Position numbers and translations under genes: made by a program. DNA of 64,000 nucleotides from a virus. Every line of letters begins with the position of its first letter. Position 1 is the stretch's first letter. The stretch covers positions 7,554-71,553 of the IMG/VR virus record IMGVR_UViG_3300025120_000034, one strand, 5' to 3'. Below the pieces are notes generated by a model. It worked only from the letters and a program-made list of their open reading frames with translations, was not told the origin of the DNA and did not search any database. Below, in pieces: positions 8,912-17,323 of this stretch.

Positions 8912-9118
8912 TTATTGTAGTTGGTTCTTAGCCAACAAAACTTTCAGCTCTTGGACCTCTCTGAGCAATTGCTTTACGTCCTCCTTCATCTCCCCGTTAT
9001 CATTCTCAAGTGCAATCACTCTTCCCTTCAGATGCGCGTAATCGGAGCTGTGTTTAATCCACGTACCAACTATCGAACCCGCAATGATAATCATTTCAAA
9101 TTGCGTCAATGTGTCCAT
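8912..9118 (-). CDS. Small membrane-anchored coiled-coil protein (possible lysis accessory)
   Basis: Start MDTLTQF at 9118 after TACTTTTG (9123-9130); short hydrophobic stretch then heptad repeat. Confidence 0.6.
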   Translation of the reverse strand: MDTLTQFEMIIIAGSIVGTWIKHSSDYAHLKGRVIALENDNGEMKEDVKQLLREVQELKVLLAKNQLQ

Positions 9119-9193
9119 GCTACAAAAGTAATAAAGAAAGGGACCGGCAAATGCCAATCCCCCTCCCTATCTAACCAAATGAATTATAGGAGA

Positions 9194-9325
9194 TTAGCCA
9201 CTACAGCTCTCGCAGTCCTCTGGGGAATCTATGTTACAGGTAATCTCTCCGCTCTCTAGTTTGTCTTCTGACTCTTTAAGCTTCTTAGGGTCAAGGAATG
9301 ATATGTCGAACTCTTCTTCTTTCAT
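9194..9325 (-). CDS. 43-aa peptide ending in C-x8-CxxC (resembles NrdA C-terminal tail)
   Basis: Below the ORF-track cut-off; manual translation MKEEEFDISFLDPKKLKESEDKLESGEITCNIDSPEDCESCSG*. Confidence 0.65.
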   Translation of the reverse strand: MKEEEFDISFLDPKKLKESEDKLESGEITCNIDSPEDCESCSG

Positions 9326-9482
9326 AGTATCTGGGGTTAGGGCACAAGCATCCTCTTCTCACGTACTTAGTTAATACGATTATGATAGCCGAGTTTATAA
9401 AAATGCTGGGAGCTATCTAAAGAACTCTTGAATGCGGCCACCGCAAGCATTCGAAGATGTTCGTTCGTTCGCTAAGCTGATG

Positions 9483-9515
9483 CGAAGTTACACGAAAAAA
9501 ATGACAAAGTCAAGT
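9483..9515 (-). promoter_or_regulatory. Probable leftward Bacteroidota-type promoter heading the late arm
   Basis: Minus strand reads ACTTGACTTTGTCATTTTTTTCGTGTAACTTCG (TTG/TTTG -33 and TAnnTTcG -7). Confidence 0.5.
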
Positions 9516-9939
9516 CCTTTTCCTGTTTAGTATGAATTCAACTGTCCACTTGAATGCGAAGAAAGTGTAAGCTCCAAGTATGCTATATGCTAAAAAAATC
9601 ATCACGCAAAAATACACATTTCTTTTAATTGATGATACAGCTACACCCGGTTTTTTTGGGAGTAATGTTTACTAGTGGGATTATACATACATAGGGACGA
9701 TTGGCTGAGCAAACCGAAACGCATTGCACAGACCCACCCCCACAAACTTTCTCAGGGTTGCGCTAAATGTTTTGGCTTTTTGGTCCAGCCTATCCGGTGA
9801 GCACATCGCATCTATATCAACCTAAGGGATACGCCAACCAATGACAGATGGAATCGATTCACTATCGAGCACCGAAGACCTCAGGTACAATCATCCCCCT
9901 TGCGTTAGTCAATCATATAGTACTACCCATGTGTGGGAT

Positions 9940-9995
9940 GTTAACATCTGTTGGCAAGTACTGGATACTAGAACAAGATTGATATCCGTTATAGA
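9940..9995 (+). promoter_or_regulatory. Early promoter motif (variant copy)
   Basis: GTTAAC-N4-GTTGGC, then ATACTA-N16-CGTTA with the same spacing as the other copies; upstream of the 10048 ORF. Confidence 0.5.
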
Positions 9996-10047
9996 ACCTG
10001 TAACGCGATAGCTAAATAGATATAACATAACCCCTAACACACTGATA

Positions 10048-10536
10048 ATGAGTAAGTTAAACATCACATTCAAGAGAGGCATCAACACGATGGACCTGAG
10101 AGCCGCGGGATACGGAGTCATCCAGCAGAAGGTCACCGACGTATTCGTCGATGGTGAATTCAAGATGTTCATCGCAAAGGACGAAGTGCTCAAGGAGTAC
10201 ACTGCATACGAGGACAATGACAGCGAGATGTTCGCTGGAGGATTGACCTTGAGAGAGTGCAAGGAGAACGTTGAGCGCGTCCTGTTGAAGGAGGCTCGTG
10301 AGGACAATCAAGACGCATACGAAGACGCGTTACTTGAGCGGCGCTTCATGCGCAGCGTCAAGGATGTTTGCACTACTCCAAGTGAGCGGTTCGAGGCTCA
10401 GGAAGCCATTGATATCGCACAGGCTAAACTGGATGCATTGCAGTCTGAATTCGAGGCGATACTGGACCGCCTTAAGGACCTTATGCCTAGCCACGCACGG
10501 AGCGCGGCGCAAATTAGATTGGGCTCTGCACAATAA
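10048..10536 (+). CDS. Early hypothetical protein (162 aa)
   Basis: First ORF of the plus-strand arm; strong codon bias. Confidence 0.75.
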   Translation: MSKLNITFKRGINTMDLRAAGYGVIQQKVTDVFVDGEFKMFIAKDEVLKEYTAYEDNDSEMFAGGLTLRECKENVERVLLKEAREDNQDAYEDALLERRFMRSVKDVCTTPSERFEAQEAIDIAQAKLDALQSEFEAILDRLKDLMPSHARSAAQIRLGSAQ

Positions 10537-10566
10537 AGTAAATGTTGAATCCGTTATAGCTGTATA
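10530..10566 (+). promoter_or_regulatory. Early promoter motif ACAATA-N16-CGTT-N5-TGTATA
   Basis: Repeated intergenic motif before the 10586 ORF. Confidence 0.65.
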
Positions 10567-10585
10567 ACTAAAACCCCGATAGAAA

Positions 10586-10912
10586 ATGTGGATTGATGAC
10601 AACGTTAGTTTGGTGTGCATTGAAGCGATGGCACTGGAAAACATTAAAAATGATAGTGAAATGACTCAGCGACAAAGAGCAATGCTCAAGGATATTCAAG
10701 AAGGAGAAAACGACGGAATCGGAATGGGTTACAGCGAATTCGACGGCACAGGACTCACACCAGAGGAGAAAGGCGTTCTCGGTTCATTGGTTGCAGCCGG
10801 ATACGTTTACAACTCATTCGAAGGGCAAGAAGGATTTGAGCCGATGTACTGCTCTACCATGAAAGCACCGAGACTGATTGACGAAAGCATGCATGACCAC
10901 ACAATAAAGTGA
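10586..10912 (+). CDS. Early hypothetical protein
   Basis: KGVLGSLVAAGYVY suggests a small winged-helix; start uncertain (possibly 10661). Confidence 0.65.
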   Translation: MWIDDNVSLVCIEAMALENIKNDSEMTQRQRAMLKDIQEGENDGIGMGYSEFDGTGLTPEEKGVLGSLVAAGYVYNSFEGQEGFEPMYCSTMKAPRLIDESMHDHTIK

Positions 10913-10937
10913 GATTGAGGAGCGTTAACATTATAGA
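10901..10937 (+). promoter_or_regulatory. Early promoter motif ACAATA-N16-CGTT-N5-TATAGA
   Basis: Directly upstream of ardC. Confidence 0.65.
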
Positions 10938-10978
10938 AACAGGGGAGGCAATCCAGTCTCCCCACAAATTGAAAGAGC

Positions 10979-11899
10979 ATGGCTAAAGTAGATATTTATA
11001 AGAAAGTGACTGACCGAATCGTAGAAGGTTTGGAGTCAAAAGGTCTCCAGTGGTTTCGTCCTTGGAGCGGAGGTGACGGCATGATGTCTCCAATCAATAA
11101 CTCGACTGGCAAGGCGTACAAGGGAGTCAACACCCTGTTCCTATGCGTAGAGCAGATGGAGCATGAGTATCCGCACAACGAGTGGTTGACATACAAGCAA
11201 GCTGTTGCCAAGGGGGGGCAGGTTCGCAAGGGAGAGTCAGGCACATGGATTGTCTTCTGGAACATCGTATTCCGTGGAGAGGACGGCAAGTTCTACCGAA
11301 AGCATCAGGATATCCCGAACGGCATGAAGTACGACAAGATTTTCACTCCTCGCTCTTGGAACGTATTCAACATCGCCCAGTGTGATGACATTGAGCCGAG
11401 ACGCAAGCCTGTTGCTCCAGTCGAAGGTGTGGGCGAATTCACACCGATTGACAAGGCTGAGAGAGTTTACAAAGAGCAGTACCCGAAGGACAATCGTCCA
11501 AGCCTGTCTCATGGAGGAGAGCGTGCGTTCTACGTTCCGTCACGTCACCATGTGCAGATGCCGAATCCAGAGACGTTCGTCACCAACGACGATTACTACA
11601 AGACCTTGTTCCATGAGCTGGTTCACAGCACTGGACACGAAACAATCTTGAAGCGACTAGACAAGGTTGCAGCATTCGGAAGTGATGCGTACTCCAAGGA
11701 GGAGTTAGTTGCTGAGATTGGGAGTCAGTTCCTTGTGGGCCTCACTGGAATCAGCCCAAAGGATGATGAGCAGAATAGTCAGGCATATATCAATGGATGG
11801 GTTAAAGAGCTAAAGGATAAGCCAAAGATGGCCCTGTCAGCCGCGACCAAAGCGATGAAAGCTGTGGACTACATGCTGGACGAAAAAGAGGAATCATGA
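10979..11899 (+). CDS. ardC: ArdC-like antirestriction protein (ssDNA-binding N domain plus zincin-like domain)
   Basis: W.RPW, Y.G.N.L.L, WLTYKQA...GGQVRKGE.G, VFNIAQ, AFY.PS.H.VQMP, YY.TLFHELVHSTGH..RL, YS.EELVAEIG motifs. Confidence 0.9.
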   Translation: MAKVDIYKKVTDRIVEGLESKGLQWFRPWSGGDGMMSPINNSTGKAYKGVNTLFLCVEQMEHEYPHNEWLTYKQAVAKGGQVRKGESGTWIVFWNIVFRGEDGKFYRKHQDIPNGMKYDKIFTPRSWNVFNIAQCDDIEPRRKPVAPVEGVGEFTPIDKAERVYKEQYPKDNRPSLSHGGERAFYVPSRHHVQMPNPETFVTNDDYYKTLFHELVHSTGHETILKRLDKVAAFGSDAYSKEELVAEIGSQFLVGLTGISPKDDEQNSQAYINGWVKELKDKPKMALSAATKAMKAVDYMLDEKEES

Positions 11900-11967
11900 G
11901 CATCGAGGAGCTACAGGAGTTATACGGATTGGAGTGGATTGACTATGTCGATTGCCTCTAGGAGAGC

Positions 11968-12028
11968 GTTAACATTCGTTCACATACTACGCACAATAAC
12001 AAGGAGAGTCCTGCGTTATTACTATAGA
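11968..12028 (+). promoter_or_regulatory. Early promoter motif with tandem GTTAAC boxes
   Basis: GTTAAC-N4-GTTCAC-N9-ACAATA-N15-CGTT-N5-TATAGA. Confidence 0.7.
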
Positions 12029-12051
12029 GGTTCAATTAAACACATTAAGAT

Positions 12052-12435
12052 ATGATGAAAGCAACAGGAAGACAGCAACACTTTAGCCTTATAGGATTCG
12101 TTCCCTCCCCTATGGAGATGAAGGTTCGAGATAGCATTCGGCTACTCTACACCAACATGCCCGGAGTCAACGTCGATGGTGTCAGCGCAAGGATGGAGTT
12201 TGAATGCAAGAAAGGTGGATTCCGAACCAAGGTCAACGTACACCTTACCATAATGACTGGCAAATCACCGAATATGGTCCTTAGCTGCGATGTACCAACA
12301 GCTATGGCTCTTATGGATATGTATGGTCTGCGTCATCCGTTTGACATGCTGGGACTGGAGTGCACTTTGTTGAGCAGAGACTACAAGAAATCGTATGAGA
12401 TTCTACGGACTCGTACACAATCCATAGCATCATGA
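12052..12435 (+). CDS. Early hypothetical protein (127 aa)
   Basis: Follows the promoter motif and an A-rich leader. Confidence 0.65.
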   Translation: MMKATGRQQHFSLIGFVPSPMEMKVRDSIRLLYTNMPGVNVDGVSARMEFECKKGGFRTKVNVHLTIMTGKSPNMVLSCDVPTAMALMDMYGLRHPFDMLGLECTLLSRDYKKSYEILRTRTQSIAS

Positions 12436-12605
12436 ACAAGCCGTTTGACAATTCTCCGAACCCCTTTCTACAGCTAAACCTGTCGATAGAAGAGATTGTA
12501 GAAGCATACATATTTTTCAGCGATGCCGACCACGAGGCCCAACTACTTGTGATTGAGGCACTTGACAAGTCATACAACGTAAGAGACTTAATTAACTTTC
12601 GTTAA
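12432..12605 (+). CDS. Small hypothetical protein (57 aa)
   Basis: ATGA-coupled to the previous ORF; manual translation MNKPFDNSPNPFLQLNLSIEEIVEAY...; below track cut-off. Confidence 0.5.
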   Translation: MNKPFDNSPNPFLQLNLSIEEIVEAYIFFSDADHEAQLLVIEALDKSYNVRDLINFR

Positions 12606-12651
12606 CAACACAAGCACAATAACAGCAAACCTGCCGCGTTATTACTACAGA
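12591..12651 (+). promoter_or_regulatory. Early promoter motif with tandem boxes
   Basis: ATTAAC-N4-GTTAAC-N9-ACAATA-N15-CGTT-N5-TACAGA. Confidence 0.7.
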
Positions 12652-12679
12652 AGCAGTTTAATCTTTTAATCTAATTGAC

Positions 12680-13849
12680 ATGAGTAAATCTAAATTCACA
12701 CCACAGGAAGCGTTAGCGCAAATCGAGAGCAAGCTCTTGGGAGATAACGAGTCACGACAATCTATCGTGCTATCAGTATTGAAGCAAGAGGTGGAGAAGA
12801 CCAAAGACCAATTCGGAGTCCCGCAAATATGGAAAGATTTCCGAGAGTACAGGGTAGCTGTAAAGCTATCGTTGATTGCAGAGTTTCCCAATATCGTGGA
12901 GCTAATGGAGTCTCTGCCTCTACTTAATGATAGTGACTGGGATACAGACGCGCCTCTCAAGCTAGCTGTCAGGGAATACAGGGAAGCAAATCCCAGCCGT
13001 GTATGGTACAAGTCAGCGTTCTTGGCGGAACTGAGTCGTATTGACTACGTATTGAACCATGAGCTGAAGCACACCAGTCAGTACCTAGCCAACGTTGACC
13101 GCTCACTTCGAGAGATAGAGGAAGACATGCAGGACGAGGCAAAGTCTAACTTCAAGCGTAGCGAATACCTGAAGCGAATCAGTGCTGGAAACTACGAGGT
13201 GAAGGAAAGCTTCATGGATACGCTTGACAGCGTAGTCATAAACGGAGTTATTGTCAATCTTAAAAAGGACTCTGATAACGTATGGGCATTAAGTATAGAT
13301 GGTATAGTTCTCACATGGTACGACACGCTTCGTGATGCTGTAATGTGCTTGGAAGAGCGGTTAGCTATCAATGAGAAGCGATGTATCGAAGAGGCTTTCA
13401 ATGCCATCAAGCAAGGTAAGAGCGAAGGAGAGGCAGTCACTAGTCGTGGTTTCTCAAGAGGGGAGTTTGAGATTCTCCTTGAGGTCAAAGGTTTATCAAA
13501 GCCCGATGTATCCAAGTTTCATGTCATCAAGGGAGGATGGAGAGTGTACGATGTTGTTGAGGCTGGCGAAGCTCAATCTCATGCCAGTGATGTAGAGATG
13601 GAAAAAGTCACCTCTGGTGATGGTCTATCATACAGCGATGCAGAAGCGTTGTGCAATCACCTCAGGAACGCTAAGAGTAATGCATCAGCCATAAGCTTTC
13701 AGCAGAATCGGGTTTCTGAATTAGTAGCTTCCCTTGACGAGGCTGAGGAAAAGCTCAAGGATTTGATGCACGCGAAGTCGATTATATCTCATCGCGGAGA
13801 GGAATGGGACGTGGTCTTAAACTCTAACCAACAGGTTAACATCCGTTAA
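12680..13849 (+). CDS. Early hypothetical protein (389 aa, coiled-coil rich)
   Basis: Long ORF flanked by promoter motifs; no recognised domain. Confidence 0.8.
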   Translation: MSKSKFTPQEALAQIESKLLGDNESRQSIVLSVLKQEVEKTKDQFGVPQIWKDFREYRVAVKLSLIAEFPNIVELMESLPLLNDSDWDTDAPLKLAVREYREANPSRVWYKSAFLAELSRIDYVLNHELKHTSQYLANVDRSLREIEEDMQDEAKSNFKRSEYLKRISAGNYEVKESFMDTLDSVVINGVIVNLKKDSDNVWALSIDGIVLTWYDTLRDAVMCLEERLAINEKRCIEEAFNAIKQGKSEGEAVTSRGFSRGEFEILLEVKGLSKPDVSKFHVIKGGWRVYDVVEAGEAQSHASDVEMEKVTSGDGLSYSDAEALCNHLRNAKSNASAISFQQNRVSELVASLDEAEEKLKDLMHAKSIISHRGEEWDVVLNSNQQVNIR

Positions 13850-13895
13850 CAAACGACGGACAATATTTCAGAACTCGGTGCGTTCTAACTATAGA
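13835..13895 (+). promoter_or_regulatory. Early promoter motif with tandem boxes
   Basis: GTTAAC-N4-GTTAAC-N9-ACAATA-N15-CGTT-N5-TATAGA. Confidence 0.7.
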
Positions 13896-13916
13896 AACAC
13901 CACAAAACAATTCATC

Positions 13917-14159
13917 ATGAATATCAACTGCAATTCCAAAGCGTTAATCCCAGACACAGCTCAGCTGACTGGAATGATTATGAATTACGAGGGAGGTTTA
14001 GCTAGTGCTGATAGCGTACTGGAGCTGTTCTCTGTGCTAATCCAAACCGGATTAGTGTGGAGTCTACAAGGCAGCTATGGTCGCACTGCTAGGCACCTCA
14101 TCGACGTAGGAAGTTTATCCGAGGATGGCACAATAACTCACGAGTTCCTGCCGTTCTAA
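13917..14159 (+). CDS. Conserved small phage protein
   Basis: LF..LI.TG.VW.LQG.YGR.A..LI motif common in phage early proteins. The ATG at 13917 is preferred because the 13878 start lies inside the promoter. Confidence 0.7.
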   Translation: MNINCNSKALIPDTAQLTGMIMNYEGGLASADSVLELFSVLIQTGLVWSLQGSYGRTARHLIDVGSLSEDGTITHEFLPF

Positions 14160-14184
14160 ATGTAGAACCATTAATAATAGAATC

Positions 14185-14466
14185 ATGAGCTACGAATCAT
14201 TCAGAAACAAAGAGACTTGGTTGCTAAATGTATGGGGATACATTGATGAGATTGCCAGTGTTTGGCAAGAGACAGAAGCTGTAAATGATGCAATGACAAT
14301 TAACATCACACCTCAGTATTGCCAAGATGTATTTGACATGCTAATAGAAAGCACCTACGAAACCATTCCCAACGGAGTCCTTAAGGATTTCATAGACCAC
14401 AGCCTACAATCAATAGATTGGAACGAAGTGTTAACGCATGTTAAAGACACAATAACAGAAAGTTAA
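14185..14466 (+). CDS. Conserved acidic phage protein
   Basis: Y....N.ETW..N.W start and ...IDW.E end. Confidence 0.7.
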   Translation: MSYESFRNKETWLLNVWGYIDEIASVWQETEAVNDAMTINITPQYCQDVFDMLIESTYETIPNGVLKDFIDHSLQSIDWNEVLTHVKDTITES

Positions 14467-14484
14467 TCACGTTAATACAGTATA
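14449..14484 (+). promoter_or_regulatory. Early promoter motif ACAATA-N15-CGTT-N5-AGTATA
   Basis: Upstream of the 14505 ORF. Confidence 0.6.
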
Positions 14485-14504
14485 ACCCCTTTAATTTAAT
14501 TCAC

Positions 14505-14738
14505 ATGAATACGGAAACAGATAGAAACTTTAGTCTCACCCACGGCCCTGAATCAGGAGTCCTTAAGATTACCATAGGCAAGCTCACGTTATCAGTTACA
14601 ACTATCAACAACAGACATGAAGCTGTAGTTTTTAGTGAGAGCGGTGACACGGTCAGCCAGAAGAATGGAATCACAGACTTCATGGAGGTAGTTCATATCA
14701 TGTGGAATCTTGAACGCTTGTCAAATTTGAACCGATGA
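14505..14738 (+). CDS. Hypothetical protein (77 aa)
   Basis: ORF after promoter motif. Confidence 0.6.
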   Translation: MNTETDRNFSLTHGPESGVLKITIGKLTLSVTTINNRHEAVVFSESGDTVSQKNGITDFMEVVHIMWNLERLSNLNR

Positions 14739-14817
14739 GTAATAACACAGAAGAATTAGCTGTATCAATAGGATACATAGGGATATTTTTAATCTTAATC
14801 TATTTAACCTTAACTCA

Positions 14818-15030
14818 ATGAACATAACAGAAGAACAACCACTAAAAGAGCATGACAGGATGTTCAAACTGCACGACAGCGAGTCTGTTTGCAAACGTTT
14901 TTTAGACGCTTGTAGGCAATACGATGCAGGTCAACTTACAGTGCCAGAGTTCACTCAAAAGTGCATGGTGATTAACGATGACGCTGAAAGACTTGGCTTG
15001 ACCGGCACGCTTAATTCATTGAAATCATGA
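14818..15030 (+). CDS. Hypothetical protein (70 aa)
   Basis: AT-rich leader; coupled to next ORF. Confidence 0.6.
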   Translation: MNITEEQPLKEHDRMFKLHDSESVCKRFLDACRQYDAGQLTVPEFTQKCMVINDDAERLGLTGTLNSLKS

Positions 15031-15290
15031 ACAAAGCCTTTCACATGTGGAAAAAAATGTGTGCAAACATGTTGATAATGTCGAGGAAAACCTCGAACTT
15101 TGTAGAACAGGCACACACAGAGAGGAAAGCATACAACAATCTGATTCGACAACAGAGCGTATTGCTTGATGAATACGAGGACTTAATAAAAGCCTATGAT
15201 GAGAACAATAAAGATGTTGATAGCATCTCCGATAGTAATCCTCTGCATACTGCTCCAACCAGTAGTGATGCTTCAGATGAGGTTGATTAA
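15027..15290 (+). CDS. Hypothetical coiled-coil protein (87 aa)
   Basis: ATGA overlap with previous ORF. Confidence 0.55.
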   Translation: MNKAFHMWKKMCANMLIMSRKTSNFVEQAHTERKAYNNLIRQQSVLLDEYEDLIKAYDENNKDVDSISDSNPLHTAPTSSDASDEVD

Positions 15291-15316
15291 AGAAGTTGAA
15301 TCCCTAATTAAATAAC

Positions 15317-15853
15317 ATGAGCAATCATAAATTCAAGACCACGAACATTCGTGGCAAGCAGTACGTAGAAGTAAACGAGCGTATCAAATTCTTCCGAGCT
15401 GAACAACAATACAATTTTTGGACCATCTCAACCGAGGTTACCATACTGGATAACAATGAAGAGTGTATCTGTAGATGCGTAATAGCAGACCTAGAGCAGC
15501 GTGTCATAGCGACGGGACATGCGCATGAGGTAAAGGGTAGCAGCAACATCAACAAGACTAGCTACGTGGAGAACTGCGAGACTTCGGCTATTGGTAGAGC
15601 GTTAGGGGTGTTAGGTATTGGAATTGACACATCCATAGCTTCAGCGAATGAGGTAAAGGATGCAATTGCTAAGCAATCAGCACCGGAAAAACCTAAGAAG
15701 GAGTCGTCCGTAGATGATGACTACCAGAAAGCTGTTGACTATCTCAAGAAATCAGATGACAAGATGGACTCTTGGTCTAAGATTGAGAAGCAGTCGAAGA
15801 CTAAGTTCAATGACGAGCAGTACAATCGTCTCGCTGAATACGCTAAGTCGTAA
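15317..15853 (+). CDS. Single-strand annealing recombinase (Rad52/Sak-like)
   Basis: GK.YVEVNERI..FR, ATGHA.E, TS.VENCETSAIGRAL..LGIG; coupled to an exonuclease. Confidence 0.7.
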   Translation: MSNHKFKTTNIRGKQYVEVNERIKFFRAEQQYNFWTISTEVTILDNNEECICRCVIADLEQRVIATGHAHEVKGSSNINKTSYVENCETSAIGRALGVLGIGIDTSIASANEVKDAIAKQSAPEKPKKESSVDDDYQKAVDYLKKSDDKMDSWSKIEKQSKTKFNDEQYNRLAEYAKS

Positions 15854-16617
15854 TGTTATCCATCAAGTTAGCCGAGGCAGTAGGTAAGGGTCACTTATCA
15901 TACAGCTCAATCAAGTACGCCTTGCAAGACATGCGTCTGTGGGAGATGTACATGAGGGGACAGCTAAGGAAAGAGTCTCCAGCGTTGGCGTTTGGCAGCA
16001 TGTATGACTGCATGTTGTTTACCCCTGAAGATTTTGATAAGCAGTTCTCCATACTCAATGACAAGGAGAAGTGTGATGAGATAGGAGGCAGAGCTCCCAA
16101 GATGACTAACAAGTACAAGGCTTGGGTCAAAGACTATGAGGAGGACGCAGAACAACGTGGAGTCAGGTTGGTGAGCGAGGAGGATTACAAGAAATCTCTT
16201 GAGATGATTGAAAGGTTGAAGGTCACTGGGGTGTATGACAAATACCTCGTTGGTGACTATCAATATGAATTCAACGAAGAGATTGACGGATGTCCGGTTA
16301 GAGGATTCCTCGATTGCCTTGGGAGTGATTATGTATCAGACAGCAAGAGCACAATGTCGCTCGATAAGTTTAGGTACAATGTGTTCAGCTTTGGATATGA
16401 CATTCAAGCTTACATATACATGGAGGTTCTCAAGAAGGAGAAGTTCTATTGGGTAGCACAAGAGAAGGCTTATCCCTTTGCAATTGGTGTTTATCAGGCA
16501 AGCGAAGAAACATTACAATCTGGTGCTGATAAATTCAACAAGGCGGTAGACAGAATCAACTACTACCTAGACAATAAAAAAGAAACGGACACGTTTTTTA
16601 AATCAGGAATAATCTAA
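15853..16617 (+). CDS. RecE/ExoVIII-like PD-(D/E)XK exonuclease (DUF3799-like)
   Basis: LSYSSIK, AL.FGS..D, RG.LD, D.KST, YDIQA.IY, WVAQEK..PF. Confidence 0.8.
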   Translation: MLSIKLAEAVGKGHLSYSSIKYALQDMRLWEMYMRGQLRKESPALAFGSMYDCMLFTPEDFDKQFSILNDKEKCDEIGGRAPKMTNKYKAWVKDYEEDAEQRGVRLVSEEDYKKSLEMIERLKVTGVYDKYLVGDYQYEFNEEIDGCPVRGFLDCLGSDYVSDSKSTMSLDKFRYNVFSFGYDIQAYIYMEVLKKEKFYWVAQEKAYPFAIGVYQASEETLQSGADKFNKAVDRINYYLDNKKETDTFFKSGII

Positions 16618-16883
16618 TGACTGCACAAGAACTCATATTAAAATCTAACCTTCACTTCGGTATTGACGTGAGCCTACCTACAGCTTTTGGAAAGGGGGCG
16701 TTCAATGAGCGTTGCATGACGGCATACTACGCCATCAATGAACTTCACATGCCATACAAGGAGTTGGGTTTAGCTATGGGTTCTGACAACTTAGAGTTGC
16801 GTATGATGTGGTTATATGCAGAGGGAAACATGGGAGTTGTACAATCCCGTAACCGGTACAAAGAATATATTTTAAACCTTTAA
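16617..16883 (+). CDS. Hypothetical protein (88 aa)
   Basis: Coupled to the exonuclease. Confidence 0.65.
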   Translation: MTAQELILKSNLHFGIDVSLPTAFGKGAFNERCMTAYYAINELHMPYKELGLAMGSDNLELRMMWLYAEGNMGVVQSRNRYKEYILNL

Positions 16884-16896
16884 TACTTCACCAATT

Positions 16897-17160
16897 ATGG
16901 CTGAAAAAAAAGAAAACGTGTACGTGGGCTACGTCAATGCCCCACGAGTAGAGACTAGAATCTCTTTTACATTGGAAGAGCTTGAATCAATGAAGCAATA
17001 TGCTACAGCGAAAGGGCGAGTGTATATTGATGTGCTTGGAATCCCGGACAAGGAGGACAATCGACGGATGAAAGCTTTCTGCTCAGTGTATGACCCGAAT
17101 AGCGCAAGCGAGCAACAACGAAAGCTCGACAAGCAAAGCACTAATGATGTGCCATTCTAA
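16897..17160 (+). CDS. Putative small ssDNA-binding protein
   Basis: Acidic-aromatic SSB-like tail (NDVPF); lies in the recombination module. Confidence 0.55.
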   Translation: MAEKKENVYVGYVNAPRVETRISFTLEELESMKQYATAKGRVYIDVLGIPDKEDNRRMKAFCSVYDPNSASEQQRKLDKQSTNDVPF

Positions 17161-17249
17161 ATAAAAGTCAAGGGAGAGTTACGATTAAAACCCTCATCCG
17201 TTAACGTGATTGTTTGAAGACACGCACGTCAGAAGGGTCTCTCCTACCT

Positions 17250-17323
17250 GCCTTCGTAGCTCAGCTGGATAGAGCAACTGTCTTCTAAGCAGTAGGTCAT
17301 AGGTTCGATTCCTATCGAGGGTA
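17250..17323 (+). tRNA. tRNA-Arg (anticodon TCT)
   Basis: Acceptor GCCTTCG/CGAGGGT, D arm GCTC/GAGC, anticodon stem ACTGT/GCAGT with loop CTTCTAA, T arm ATAGG-TTCGATT-CCTAT; no encoded CCA. Confidence 0.93.

Noticed and set aside
12680-13849. HELKH as a zinc-protease motif in the 389-aa early protein
   Set aside because: Isolated HExxH in a coiled-coil context without other zincin features; not enough support.
9940-14484. CRISPR array or attC-like cassette repeats
   Set aside because: The repeats are degenerate, bipartite and separated by whole genes; no cas or integron integrase is present. A promoter reading fits better.
17250-17323. tRNA as prophage attachment site
   Set aside because: No integrase, no duplicated tRNA 3' end and no host genes in the window.
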